From Nitrosopumilus sp. (GTDB lineage Archaea; Thermoproteota; Nitrososphaeria; Nitrososphaerales; Nitrosopumilaceae), in contig OZ252243.1 of NCBI GenBank assembly GCA_965249555.1, positions 1,440,001 to 1,504,000 of the forward strand: 64,000 bases of DNA, read 5' to 3'. The notes under the pieces are model-generated. The model was not told the DNA's origin. It made no database searches and saw nothing but the letters and a program-made list of their open reading frames with translations. This document shows positions 11,251 through 21,858 of this stretch, piece by piece. How positions within the stretch are numbered: the first letter of the stretch is position 1; each line of letters opens with the position of its first letter. A program made the translations under genes and the position numbers.

Positions 11251-11574
11251 ATGGGTAAATCATTAGGAGACTATACCATTGAAAAGTCTTCCTCGTCTGA
11301 CATCAAGAATATCAAATGGACACAAAAAAACCCAAAAGACACTGACAAATTAAAAAAGAAAAAAACAGATAAAAAATTTCAAAACTCTTCGGCATCAAAT
11401 ATAATTTACACTCAAAAAACCAAAAAAGTCAAACCATCTGTTGAAAAAGTTTTCAAAGTTAAGGAGGTTATAGATACTGGCAAATCAAAAAAGAAAAAAA
11501 CAGATAAAAAATTTCAAAACTCTTCTGCATCTAACTGTAAAATTAAACAAGGCTTCAAAAGACCTGCAAGGTAA
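11251..11574 (+). CDS. Lys-rich hypothetical protein with internal duplication
   Basis: KKKKTDKKFQNSSASN occurs twice (near-identical DNA at ~11352 and ~11487). Confidence 0.55.
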   Translation: MGKSLGDYTIEKSSSSDIKNIKWTQKNPKDTDKLKKKKTDKKFQNSSASNIIYTQKTKKVKPSVEKVFKVKEVIDTGKSKKKKTDKKFQNSSASNCKIKQGFKRPAR

Positions 11575-11637
11575 TAAAATTACTCTCCTACTGGGAAACG
11601 TATAGATAAATACCAAATTATCATACGAATTTTAGAA

Positions 11638-12324
11638 ATGGTTGATGTTACTGTAGCAAGATATTCATTTGAAGGGGAAAAATTTGAGATTTTGGTAAAG
11701 CCTGATCCTGCATTGGATTACAAACTAGGCAAGAAAAAGGATATTTCTGCAGTTTTAGTTTCAGAAGATATCTACACTGATTCAGGAAAAGGCACAAAAC
11801 CTACAAATGAAAAATTACTAAAGGCTTTCAAAACTGAAGACTTGACTGAAATTGCTCAAATAATTCTTCAGAAAGGTGATCTGAATCTTACAACTGACCA
11901 ACGACGAAAAATGATTGAAGAAAAGAGAAAACGTATTGTTGAGTTTATTGCTAAAACATATGTCGATCCTAGAACTCACTTACCTCATCCTCCATTAAGA
12001 ATTGAGCAGGCTATGAAAGATGCTAGAGTTTCAGTAGATCCTCAAAAAAGCGTAGACGAACAGGTAAAAGATATTGTTGAAAACTTGCGTTCAATAATTG
12101 CTCTAAAATCTGAAAATCTACAATTGGAGATTGTAATTCCAGCACAATTTGCATCTCAATCATACTCTGTCCTCAAATCAGTTGGTTCTCTAAAAAAAGA
12201 AGAATGGCAAAATAATGGTTCTCTAAAAGCAATACTTGAAATACCTGCTGCAGCAAGGCCAAACGTGATAGATAGATTGGGCTCTATAACCAAAGGCTCT
12301 GCTACAGTTGAGGTAATGAAGTAA
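11638..12324 (+). CDS. sdo1: ribosome maturation protein SBDS/Sdo1
   Basis: FEILV, TTDQRR and VDPRTHLPHPPLRIE motifs; directly upstream of rrp4. Confidence 0.95.
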   Translation: MVDVTVARYSFEGEKFEILVKPDPALDYKLGKKKDISAVLVSEDIYTDSGKGTKPTNEKLLKAFKTEDLTEIAQIILQKGDLNLTTDQRRKMIEEKRKRIVEFIAKTYVDPRTHLPHPPLRIEQAMKDARVSVDPQKSVDEQVKDIVENLRSIIALKSENLQLEIVIPAQFASQSYSVLKSVGSLKKEEWQNNGSLKAILEIPAAARPNVIDRLGSITKGSATVEVMK

Positions 12325-13004
12325 TGGATAATAAGAGAAAATATGTTATTCCAGGCGATGTGGTAACTACAGGACCTTTTAGACCTGAACAAAATGTTGT
12401 ACTTGATGGAAATAAGATAATTTCAACAACTGTTGGAATTTCTGAAATTTATGATGATTCTGTTAGAGTAATTTCCTTAACTGGAAAATATATTCCAAAA
12501 ATCAATGATCTAGTAATTGGCAAAGTCCTTTCCCATACATCCTTGTCATGGGAATTAGATATCAACTCATGTTATGTTGGATTCTTACCAGCACAAGATG
12601 TCTTTGGACGAGACTTTTCTGCTCATGCTGATGAACTTACTTCAAAACTAACAGCAGGAGATCTTGTTGCTGCAAGAATTGCCAATTTTGATAGAACAAG
12701 AGATCCGCTTGTAACAATTTCTGATAGAGATTTAGGTAAAATAGATTCTGGAGCATTAATTCAAATCTCTCCAAGTAAAGTTCCACGCCTAATTGGAAAA
12801 AGAGGTACAATGATTCAATCTATCGAGATGGCCACTGATGCTGCAATTACCATTGGTCAAAATGGATGGGTAGTGGTTTCATGCGAGTCTCCCGAGGGAT
12901 TATTAAAGGCTAAAAAAGCCATTCAAATGGTTAATGAGAAAGCACATGTTGCTAATTTGACTGATCAAGTGAAAGAAATGTTAGAATCAAAAGGTGAATC
13001 ATAA
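12324..13004 (+). CDS. rrp4: exosome RNA-binding protein Rrp4
   Basis: VIPGD, YIPKINDLVIG (S1 domain) and VPRLIGKRG (KH domain). Confidence 0.95.
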   Translation: MDNKRKYVIPGDVVTTGPFRPEQNVVLDGNKIISTTVGISEIYDDSVRVISLTGKYIPKINDLVIGKVLSHTSLSWELDINSCYVGFLPAQDVFGRDFSAHADELTSKLTAGDLVAARIANFDRTRDPLVTISDRDLGKIDSGALIQISPSKVPRLIGKRGTMIQSIEMATDAAITIGQNGWVVVSCESPEGLLKAKKAIQMVNEKAHVANLTDQVKEMLESKGES

Positions 13005-13738
13005 TGGGTGGACGAGATGCTACAATGGTTCTATTGGACGAAAATGGAATTCGTTGCGACGGAAGAAAAATCGACGAACCAAGACGAATAATGATTAAAG
13101 CTGGTGGACTAAAAAATGCAGATGGCTCGGCATACATTGAATTTGGTGATAATAAAATCCTAGTTGGTGTATTTGGTCCAAGAGACGTACATCCAAAACA
13201 CATGTCTGATACTGATACTGGAATTCTACGAGTTAGATACCACATGGAACCATTCTCTGTTAGTGACAGAAAAAACCCAGCTCCGTCAAGAAGAGAAATT
13301 GAAATTTCCAAAGTAATCAAAGAGGCACTAGAGCCTGCAGTTATGTTAGAAAAATTTCCAAGAACAGCAGTTGATGTATTTATCGAAGTCTTGCAAGCAG
13401 ATGGTGGCACTAGATGCGCCGCACTTTCTGCGGCTTCTGTTGCATTAGCAGATGCTGGAATTCCAATGAGGGATATGGTTGCAGCATGTGCTTCAGGTAA
13501 AGTAGCAGATACCATCGTCCTTGATGTCAACAATGAAGAGGACCAAGCAGGTCAAGCAGATATGCCAATCGGTTATATGCCAAGTCTTGAAAAAATTACG
13601 TTATTACAATTAGATGGAGTCCTATCTCCTGAAGAATATAAAAAATGTGTAGAGGTTGGAGTCAACGGTTGTAAAATTGTTTATGAATTACAAAAGAAAG
13701 CACTCAATGACAAATACTTTGGGACCAAAAGTGATTAG
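13004..13738 (+). CDS. rrp41: exosome exonuclease Rrp41
   Basis: RCDGR, ADGSAY, SRREIEIS and QADGGTR motifs. Confidence 0.97.
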   Translation: MGGRDATMVLLDENGIRCDGRKIDEPRRIMIKAGGLKNADGSAYIEFGDNKILVGVFGPRDVHPKHMSDTDTGILRVRYHMEPFSVSDRKNPAPSRREIEISKVIKEALEPAVMLEKFPRTAVDVFIEVLQADGGTRCAALSAASVALADAGIPMRDMVAACASGKVADTIVLDVNNEEDQAGQADMPIGYMPSLEKITLLQLDGVLSPEEYKKCVEVGVNGCKIVYELQKKALNDKYFGTKSD

Positions 13739-13740
13739 AT

Positions 13741-14559
13741 ATGGCATCACATACTGTTATTGATGAATTAAAAAAAATACAAATTCTTGAATTACTAGAA
13801 CAAGGAAAAAGAATAGACGGACGAGCACTAGATGAACCACGAGAAATCTCAATTGAAATTAATGCAATTCCTAAAGCAAATGGTTCAGCAAGAATATTTC
13901 TTGGTGATACCGAAGTCGTATGTGGAGTAAAAATCCAACCAGATAGACCTTTCCCAGATATGGGAGACAAAGGTATTTTCATTTGTACTGCTGAACTTTT
14001 ACCACTCTCACATCCTACTGTTGAAACAGGACCACCACAACCTCATGTAATTGAATTGGCACGAGTTACTGATAGAGGAATTAGAGAAAGTCACATGGTT
14101 GATGTGTCACAATTAGTTATTGAAAAAGACAAATCAGTTGTTGGTGTATTTGCTGATATTGTAGTTATTGATTATGATGGAAATCTCTTTGATGCATGTT
14201 CTTATGCTGCTACTGCTGCATTGCTTACATCAAAAACTCCAAAATGGACTATGGTTGATGATAAAGTAACACGTGTTGATGAGGATGAGACTCCATTACC
14301 AACTACAACAATTCCAGTATCTGTAACTATGGGAAAAATTGGAAATCACATTATTGTTGATCCAAATGGCGATGAATGGGCTAGTATGGATGCAAGAATT
14401 ACAATTACTAGTGATTCTGATGGAAATATTTGTGCCTTGCAAAAAGGTGGCACTGGTGGATTCACACAAGACGAAATTGTTCAGTGTGGAGAACTTTCTG
14501 TTAGAATAGGTGCAAAAATCAGAGAAAAATTAAAAGCATCTCAACAGGAAAGTCAATAA
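13741..14559 (+). CDS. rrp42: exosome component Rrp42
   Basis: RIDGR, ANGSA, PFPD and YDGNLFDA motifs. Confidence 0.96.
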   Translation: MASHTVIDELKKIQILELLEQGKRIDGRALDEPREISIEINAIPKANGSARIFLGDTEVVCGVKIQPDRPFPDMGDKGIFICTAELLPLSHPTVETGPPQPHVIELARVTDRGIRESHMVDVSQLVIEKDKSVVGVFADIVVIDYDGNLFDACSYAATAALLTSKTPKWTMVDDKVTRVDEDETPLPTTTIPVSVTMGKIGNHIIVDPNGDEWASMDARITITSDSDGNICALQKGGTGGFTQDEIVQCGELSVRIGAKIREKLKASQQESQ

Positions 14560-14560
14560 A

Positions 14561-14773
14561 ATGGCAAAAGCAAAAAAATCCCTTAAGGGATTAGGTGCAA
14601 GACATGGAATTAAACTTAGGAAACAATATACAAAAATCCATTTTCTATTAAAAGAAAAGAGAAGCTGTCCTGAATGTGGTTCAAAGACATTTGGTAGGGA
14701 TGCTGTGGGAATTTGGTCTTGTAAAAAATGCAGCTTTAAAGTAGCTGGAACAGCATATGACATTAAACTTTAG
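14561..14773 (+). CDS. rpl37ae: 50S ribosomal protein eL43 (L37ae)
   Basis: GARHG…LRK and CPEC…GIWSCKKC zinc finger. Confidence 0.95.
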   Translation: MAKAKKSLKGLGARHGIKLRKQYTKIHFLLKEKRSCPECGSKTFGRDAVGIWSCKKCSFKVAGTAYDIKL

Positions 14774-15002
14774 TGCAAAAATCACTGTTGATGCAAAAGA
14801 GAAAACAAAGGCAATTTATGATTCTGTAAATACTGACAATGAATTTTATCCAGAAAATCCTGTAAAGACTGAGATAAAATTCAACGAAAAGTTAAGCATT
14901 TTTGTTGAATCTGAACACTTGCCACATTTGAGAGCAAATCTCAATTCTACACTTCGACTAATTCAAGTAAGCCATGATTCAATTGAATCGGTAAAGATAT
15001 AG
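14757..15002 (+). CDS. pcc1: KEOPS complex subunit Pcc1
   Basis: LRANLNSTLRLI motif; position after rpl37ae. Confidence 0.85.
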   Translation: MTLNFSAKITVDAKEKTKAIYDSVNTDNEFYPENPVKTEIKFNEKLSIFVESEHLPHLRANLNSTLRLIQVSHDSIESVKI

Positions 15003-15059
15003 CGTGTTTCAACACTTGTTTTTGGATAATGACTAGTTCCTATGGATGTTAAATTATAA

Positions 15060-15904
15060 CTATAGAATCATGTATATCATGTATTTGATTATGCCATTAA
15101 ATGATATTCCTAATTTTGTAGCTGTTCCACTTTCTGTAATATTTGGTTTTTTAATTTCACTATTGATATATAGATTATCTCCAACGGAAGGTGAAACAAC
15201 ACTATCAAATTGATCTACAATAGATATACTTCTTGCAGTTATTTTTTCATGATGTATAGTTTGCTGTGATTTATCTATATCAGCTAAAACAACTCCATTC
15301 ATCCAAGGATGTAATATACAATAATATGAATAACTACCAGATTGTCCAAAAGTATGAGAAAATTCACAAGCTGTAGATAAACTGTTACTAGCAAAGTCAT
15401 GAACAGGATTTTCAGGAGTGCCACTTTTAATGGAATGAGTTACATGATCTTGGTTAAACCAAGTAACAGTGTTTCCAGATTTTATTTGTATAATTTTTGG
15501 CGAAAAGCATTCATTACATTCAATATATGATTTTTCTTTAATTTGAATTACATGTGTTGTTTTTCCAGATTGTGCATCTGCTAATACTCTACCATCTAAG
15601 AACCCACTATTTCGATTTCTGTAATATTATATGGTATATTGGGAATTTCTATATGCCTTGTAGAATCATTATGAACACCATCACTAAAAACTATCTCTTT
15701 ACCATTTGCTAGAACAATAAATTCATCATCATTTTGTCCATTTTTTGAATCTAGTATGTCTCTATCTAACAGAATTAGTAAACTCCCATTTAATTTAATC
15801 CAAACATCAAAAACTAAAGATCGATTATCTTTATCATCATTTACTTTTGAAACGTCCATATTCAATGTTTTTACAGTAACGGATCGATATCTGTTCGTTA
15901 TCAA
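15060..15904 (-). pseudogene. frameshifted surface protein: PEFG-CTERM-associated-like domain + cupredoxin + C-terminal TM
   Basis: The frame of ORF 15060..15302 extends upstream without ATG through FSPKIIQIKSGNTVTWFNQDHVTHSI…YSYYCILHPWMNGVV (type-1 Cu ligands H/C/H/M); ORF 15596..15904 is in another frame with the shift near 15600. Confidence 0.65.
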
Positions 15905-16009
15905 GTAACCATACCAGAAGATGTTAGAAACTATCTGAAATTAAAATCAGGTCAGACAATAGGATTCATAGAAGAAAATGGGAAAATCCGAATTGTCACT
16001 GATTTTTAG
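15884..16009 (+). pseudogene. 5'-truncated AbrB/MazE/SpoVT DNA-binding domain
   Basis: Read manually as SISVRYQVTIPEDVRNYLKLKSGQTIGFIEENGKIRIVTDF*; no nearby in-frame start. Confidence 0.7.
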
Positions 16010-16089
16010 GTGTGTCAAAATATCTATTCTATTTTATTAGATTTCGTTTTTGACGAAACTATATTAAACTAAATCAGGTATTTCAAAAT

Positions 16090-16248
16090 ATGAAAAGAAA
16101 TCCTGCATTTGGTCATTGGACAGAAGAGGAAACAAACTGGAGTGACAAGGATACTGAATTTATCAAAAAAGCTCTAAAAGAAGAAGACATTCCAACTTCA
16201 TACGAAGAATTATTAGATGAATATGAATCAAGTCTATTAACTTGTTAA
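16090..16248 (+). CDS. small acidic hypothetical protein (52 aa)
   Basis: MKRNPAFGHWTEEETNWSDK…; TATA-like TATATTAA upstream. Confidence 0.4.
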   Translation: MKRNPAFGHWTEEETNWSDKDTEFIKKALKEEDIPTSYEELLDEYESSLLTC

Positions 16249-16692
16249 TTCGAGATAGAAAACCTACTTTTAAAAATGAATGGAAAATAGAACTGCTTCA
16301 AGAAAAGCCATAATACTACCATTGATTGATCGTATTAAAAATGCAAATTCTTTTAATGATTTAGAAAACAAATCCACATGTAATTCAAGTGATAATATTT
16401 ATTTTGTATATAATGGTTTTGGAAAGTTATATTTTCAACATTTCAATAACGAAAATGAGGTAAAATTAATTCGATTCACTTTTGCTAATCATTAAATTTT
16501 AAAATATTAAATTGTCTTTTGTTTCTATTGTTATGCGTGAAATTATAACAAAAATAATTACAGAAAATTATTGTTTGGCGTATAAACCACAAGTACCACT
16601 TTAAAAAAACACCATAGCTTAGAAATGTATATAATTCTCATGCCTAACATCTTCAAAAAATCAGCTTACGTTAAAAATGAATATATTACTTT

Positions 16693-16926
16693 TTATCTTA
16701 AATTTTCTTGCTCATGAATATATTTAACATCATTAAACAATTTATGATAATCTGGGTGTGGTGATTCATTACCTGTTATTGACTTTTCACTAGGGATTAT
16801 CGTTTCAGTCTTCTTTGAGCTGTAATAGTATAGGCAGGTGAATATAAAAAATACAATTCCTACAGGTAGGGCTATAATCATGAATATTCCCGCCAAAATT
16901 CCAAGAAACACAAATTTAGCTTTCAA
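16693..16926 (-). CDS. small membrane protein
   Basis: Hydrophobic N-terminus of about 30 residues. Confidence 0.55.
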   Translation of the reverse strand: MKAKFVFLGILAGIFMIIALPVGIVFFIFTCLYYYSSKKTETIIPSEKSITGNESPHPDYHKLFNDVKYIHEQENLR

Positions 16927-17161
16927 TATATTGCTTGGAATCTACTATTATAAAATTTCATAGTATCTTTTATCTCAAAGATATATATTCAGTTTTTTTA
17001 TTTCAATTCTTTCAAAATTTTCTGTATGAACTTGAATACATATTACTTACCTTGATCACTATGTGGATAGTTCGCAGATTAATGGTCTTGTTCTGGGTGT
17101 AGTGAAACATTATCACAACCACAAGATACCCACTTTTGACAATACTCACTAAACCCTTTCT

Positions 17162-17722
17162 GTGCTGGTAGAGTCCAACCTTCCAAAGGATGAACCTAGA
17201 AGTGCATTAGAAGAATGGTGGAATGGAACAGATAGCAAACCAACTGAAAAGCCAGAAAATTACTTACAAAAATGGCTTAATCAACCAAATGATTCAACTG
17301 AAACAAAAAACAATCCAAAAAAACTTAGTGAATCAATAGCTAACCTTACAGATTTAGTAAAAGAGAGCAATAAATCTAAAATTTACAGCGAAACTGACTT
17401 GAAGTACACACTAGAACCAAAGATAAAACTAGATGCAAAAAAAGAAATTATTGAACACATGAAAACTGGAAACTGTTCTTCAAATTGTGATATTTGTAAC
17501 ATTAAGAATGAAAATTTATACAAAGTTCTTAGCATACAACACGGAAATTTTACTAAAACGATTAATGATTTAAGACAACAAAATAGTATTGATAACCAGA
17601 AAAACTATGAAACAGGCTTAATTAATGGAATAAAAACCATGAATCAAAACTCTGGTCAAGAACCAAAAGATGTTTTTGTTTTTTGTTTAAAAAAAGTAGG
17701 TATCAATCCAAGTATGTATTAA
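17162..17722 (+). CDS. hypothetical protein
   Basis: 186-aa ORF with a CxxxCxxC motif; start uncertain. Confidence 0.55.
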   Translation: MLVESNLPKDEPRSALEEWWNGTDSKPTEKPENYLQKWLNQPNDSTETKNNPKKLSESIANLTDLVKESNKSKIYSETDLKYTLEPKIKLDAKKEIIEHMKTGNCSSNCDICNIKNENLYKVLSIQHGNFTKTINDLRQQNSIDNQKNYETGLINGIKTMNQNSGQEPKDVFVFCLKKVGINPSMY

Positions 17723-17915
17723 AAATAGCCTCTAACCTCTTTTTCTGTTTCCTGTATTTCTTAATCTCACTTTTGATTCTTTTCTTTGAATATCCCATAT
17801 TTTTTAACATCAAAGATAAATTGAAAACCTCTAAATCTCTTTTTGATGAACCAATAATAACTTCTGAAAAAATTTTATTAAAATCAAATATCCCTAAATT
17901 TTTGTACTCACTCAT
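17703..17915 (-). CDS. small basic hypothetical protein
   Basis: 70-aa ATG ORF converging on the previous gene. Confidence 0.4.
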   Translation of the reverse strand: MSEYKNLGIFDFNKIFSEVIIGSSKRDLEVFNLSLMLKNMGYSKKRIKSEIKKYRKQKKRLEAIFNTYLD

Positions 17916-18071
17916 AGAATACTTGAAGCAATAAGCACACTAAATAATTTTTACAAACAAGATTCATCTAAATCTGTTAAAATAATTTAGTTGAAATTGT
18001 TGTTTTAGTCATGGATTATTTTTATGATCATAACAATCTATATCAAAATACCCTACCCTTTCTCTAAAATT

Positions 18072-18611
18072 TCAATTCTCATCATAGTGTTTTTCATTCA
18101 TTGTTTTCCCATCCCCATCATACCACTTTCTCCATTCCTTCTTTCCATTATCATAGGATTTTGCTTCATAATACAATCCTTTTTCATCATATGATTTACA
18201 AAATTTCTCATTACCATTATCATAATAATGCCATTCAGAAAGTAATTTATCATTAACATCATAGAGTTTTTCATATTCTTTTTTTCCATTCTCATTGTAG
18301 TAAGTTTCAAAGTAAGTTAATCCATTTTCATCATACCATTCATTTTTACTTTCAATATTTCCATTTTTGTAATATGATTTACTAAATTTCTCATTCTTAT
18401 TTTCATAATAATAAACTTCATTTCTTAATTGTCCATTATCTATGTAGATTTTTGCCCATTCCTCACTTCCATTTTTATAAAATTTTGATTCATATTCTAA
18501 CTTTCCATTCTCATAATACCGTTTATGCCATTCTTCATTTAGATTTTCATCATAATGAGTTTCAAGCCTTAACTGACCATTTTTATCATATAGTTTTGAG
18601 GGTAATATCAT
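18072..18611 (-). CDS. MORN-variant repeat (YwqK-like) protein
   Basis: Repeated YYENG/YDxNG units. Confidence 0.8.
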   Translation of the reverse strand: MILPSKLYDKNGQLRLETHYDENLNEEWHKRYYENGKLEYESKFYKNGSEEWAKIYIDNGQLRNEVYYYENKNEKFSKSYYKNGNIESKNEWYDENGLTYFETYYNENGKKEYEKLYDVNDKLLSEWHYYDNGNEKFCKSYDEKGLYYEAKSYDNGKKEWRKWYDGDGKTMNEKHYDEN

Positions 18612-18680
18612 ATTGTTATCATTCTCCTTGCAATACCTAAAATCAATTTCATATCAATTCTCAAAACTTAATTATCCATT

Positions 18681-19283
18681 TTAATTTTCTCTACATTGAT
18701 TTAATTCAAACTGCAATACTCTTTGTTCACTTTCTATATCATGTATTTTATTTTTATAGTATTCTGTATTTCTTTCAATTTCACTTATGTGCCAATTAGT
18801 TTCATACTCATGCTCAACATGTGAATATGAATCCTCTAATTGTTCATAATAATGAATATCCACCTCACATTGATTTTTCTTATTTTGAATATCAACAATT
18901 AACTTTTGTTGTTCATCTATTGTATCCTGCATTTTTTGTATGTTGATATTGTTCAATATGCCTGATTCAATAACCCCTAGCCTAGTCTGTTGGTCTGTAA
19001 CTTGGATAATTTCATCATCTTTAACAAGAATATTATTAGATAGATTTTCATTGATTGATTCTAACTCTTTAATGTCATTTTCATAGATTGATTCTAACTC
19101 TTTAATTTCATCTTCATAATTGCTGAATCTATCATATGCCCATTGTTTGTATTCTTCCATGTAATCCTTGTATGATTCAAGGTAATCCTTCCATTCTTGT
19201 AAAATGTCCTTGTCATTCTGTGCATATGCTGCAGTAACAGATACAGAACCAATAATCAAAAGGGCAATTAACAGATATTTCAA
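18681..19283 (-). CDS. secreted coiled-coil protein
   Basis: Signal peptide MKYLLIALLIIGSVSVTAAYA; heptad-rich body. Confidence 0.75.
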   Translation of the reverse strand: MKYLLIALLIIGSVSVTAAYAQNDKDILQEWKDYLESYKDYMEEYKQWAYDRFSNYEDEIKELESIYENDIKELESINENLSNNILVKDDEIIQVTDQQTRLGVIESGILNNINIQKMQDTIDEQQKLIVDIQNKKNQCEVDIHYYEQLEDSYSHVEHEYETNWHISEIERNTEYYKNKIHDIESEQRVLQFELNQCREN

Positions 19284-19798
19284 TAAAATATTTCAATAAT
19301 TCACCACTCTTAAGGTATGCTATCAAAAGCCAAGTTCCATTAATTGAGTGTAAAAAGTCCTTAATTCTGATGTTATTTCTTAGGATCTGTAAAAGTTACA
19401 ATTGTAACACTTACAGGATTATAGCCAAGTCCTGTTAGTCCTATTGGCCGATAGGTTCTGTAGGTGTTTGATATACAATGTATAGCAATAATGAACCAAA
19501 ATACCCACTTCTTTTCTAAAATTTTATAAATAAAATTTACCAAGCTATTCAATGATTCATTTTGAAGACGCCCAAAAATGCGTAAGATGTGGATTGATTT
19601 TATATTCTGACTATGCAATATCTAACCACAAGTGCATTAACTACATTGATGATAATTACTTAGATGAATCTGAATCTCTTAACCTAGATTGATTCAAATT
19701 TTACAAAACAATTTTAGATCTAATTGTAATTTCAGTCATAGATGATTTTTACAATCATAACAATCTCTATCAAATAACCCTACCTTTTTTCTAAAATT

Positions 19799-21664
19799 TT
19801 AATTCTCATGGAATACAAGTTTTTGTATTTCTTTTCCATTTTCATCATAGTGATATTCACGAACTAATTTACCATTCTCATGGTAGAATTTAGATTTTAT
19901 TTCACCATTCTCATAGTATTGAAATTCATAATCTAATTCACCATTTTCATACTTGAATGATAATTGTTTTTCACCATTCTCATAATACTGCCATTCACGA
20001 ATTAATTCACCATTTTCATAAAGTAATTGAGATTGTTTTTTTTCATTCTCATCATACTGCCATTCACGAATTAATTCACCATTTTCATAAAATAATTGAG
20101 ATTGTTTTTTTTCATTCTCATCAAATTGCCATTCACGTTTTACTTCACCATTCTCATAAAGTAATTGAGATTGTAATTTTCCATTTTCATCATAGTACCA
20201 TGATTCTTTTACTTTTTCATTCTCATAACTTAATGATAATTGTAATTCACCATTCTCATTATATTGCCATTCATGTACCAGTTCACCATTTTCATATTTT
20301 AATTCCAATTGTAAATTTTTATTCTCATCAAATTGCCATTCACGTTTTACTTCACCATTCTCATAAAGTAATTGAGATTGTAATTTTCCATTCTTATCAT
20401 ATTGCCATTCATTAATTAATTCACCATTCTCATAACTTAATGATAATTGTAATTTTCCATTTTCATAATAACTATTTTCCCGTTCAATATTTCCATTCTC
20501 ATAGTAATAGGATTCATACTTTAATTCCCCATAAGAATTGTATTTGCCTCCATACTCATAATATTCTTTAGTCCATTCAATACTTCCATTTTCATAATAG
20601 ATGATCTCAGATTTTATTGATTCATTTGGATTAGTATAATGTAATACTTGAGATAAAATTACTCCATTATCAAAATAAGCGTATTCAACTTTTGATTTGT
20701 CATATTCATCATAATAGCGTTCATAAATCAAATTTCCATTTTCATCATAATAAACTTCAGAAAATTTTCCATTCTCATCATAATTCTCATCATAATGGGT
20801 TTCACCTGCTGAACTTCCATCTTCATGGTAGTTATCTGACCATTTTATAATTCCATTCTCATAGTACTCATTAGACATTAACCATTCATTAAAACCAACA
20901 TACAATTTTAATAATTCAATTTTTCCATTTTCATCATAATGAGTTTCACGACTTAATCCCTCATGTTCATTATGTAGCCAATCCCATTGTAAATTTCCAT
21001 TTTCATCATAATGATATTCTTCTGCTATATCTCCATTTTCAAAATAATATTCTTTCCATTCTTTATTTCCATTCTCACGATATTGAATTTCACTAAACAA
21101 TTTACCACTTTCATCATATTCTCTTATTGGTTGATTGTTTGTTCCTGCAATTGGTTCTGCAATAGGTTCTGCAATAGGTTCTGCAATTGGTTCTGCAATT
21201 GGTTCTGCAATAGGTTCTGCAATTGGTTCTGCAGTTGGTTCTGCAGTTGGTTCTGCAGTTGGTTCTGCAGTTGGTTCTGCAGTTGGTTCTGCAGTTGGTT
21301 CTGCAGTTGGTTCTGCAATTGGTTCTGCAGTTGGTTCTGCAGTTGGTTCTGCAGTTGGTTCTGCAATTGGTTCTGCAGTTGGTTCTGCAATTGGTTCTGC
21401 AATAGGTTCATTTAATTTTAAAATACTAAAGCTATCTGGGTTTATCACATTAGATTCAATCAGAAATTCTAAAGCCTCGATAAATTCTTCATCAGTAATT
21501 TTATCTTCTGACCACCACCCAGCGACTGCTTTAACCCATGCTGGTATCTTATCACTTTCTGCATATACCGTTGTAACTGTAACAGAACAAATAACCAAAA
21601 GGGCAATTAATAGATATTTCAATAAATCATCTAAATTATATCCACTCTTAAGGTATTCTATCAA
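19799..21664 (-). CDS. secreted MORN-repeat protein with thaumarchaeal IPxW…WW domain and EP(I/T)A linker
   Basis: Signal peptide (start likely at LKYLLIALL), IPAWVKAVAGWWSEDKITDEEFIEALEFLI, 22 EP(I/T)A units, then many 22-aa YENGE…EWQYDENG repeats. Confidence 0.85.
   Translation of the reverse strand: MIEYLKSGYNLDDLLKYLLIALLVICSVTVTTVYAESDKIPAWVKAVAGWWSEDKITDEEFIEALEFLIESNVINPDSFSILKLNEPIAEPIAEPTAEPIAEPTAEPTAEPTAEPIAEPTAEPTAEPTAEPTAEPTAEPTAEPTAEPIAEPIAEPIAEPIAEPIAEPIAEPIAGTNNQPIREYDESGKLFSEIQYRENGNKEWKEYYFENGDIAEEYHYDENGNLQWDWLHNEHEGLSRETHYDENGKIELLKLYVGFNEWLMSNEYYENGIIKWSDNYHEDGSSAGETHYDENYDENGKFSEVYYDENGNLIYERYYDEYDKSKVEYAYFDNGVILSQVLHYTNPNESIKSEIIYYENGSIEWTKEYYEYGGKYNSYGELKYESYYYENGNIERENSYYENGKLQLSLSYENGELINEWQYDKNGKLQSQLLYENGEVKREWQFDENKNLQLELKYENGELVHEWQYNENGELQLSLSYENEKVKESWYYDENGKLQSQLLYENGEVKREWQFDENEKKQSQLFYENGELIREWQYDENEKKQSQLLYENGELIREWQYYENGEKQLSFKYENGELDYEFQYYENGEIKSKFYHENGKLVREYHYDENGKEIQKLVFHEN
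21146..21409. repeat. 12-bp coding tandem repeat, 22 copies
   Basis: TTGGTTCTGCA(A/G) and TAGGTTCTGCAA units encoding EPTA/EPIA on the minus strand. Confidence 0.97.
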
Positions 21665-21858
21665 AAGACAAGATTCAATTTTTCGCTAACTGCCAAATTT
21701 CCCTTAGAAATTTGGGTCTGTGAGAAATATTTCAAGACTAACAAAAACACAATTTTAAAAGAATGTTCTAATCAAGGATCAAGCCAAAAAATACCAAGTC
21801 GTTTTTCGTGAGATCTCATTTTTGTAGATCCTTTGGTTCCTGGTGTTTCTGCAGTACG

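Noticed and set aside
12952-13533. Long antisense ORFs over rrp41 and other core genes (e.g. 31718..32233, 22765..23112)
   Set aside because: Shadow ORFs opposite well-supported genes, with no motifs of their own.
19900-20480. Diversity-generating retroelement TR/VR pair among the MORN repeats
   Set aside because: No reverse transcriptase in the window, and the copies are tandem in-frame coding units rather than a separate template.
21011-21689. ORFs with LQNQ, AIGS, CSWF and LQLV repeats
   Set aside because: Alternative-frame shadows of the 12-bp EP(I/T)A repeat.
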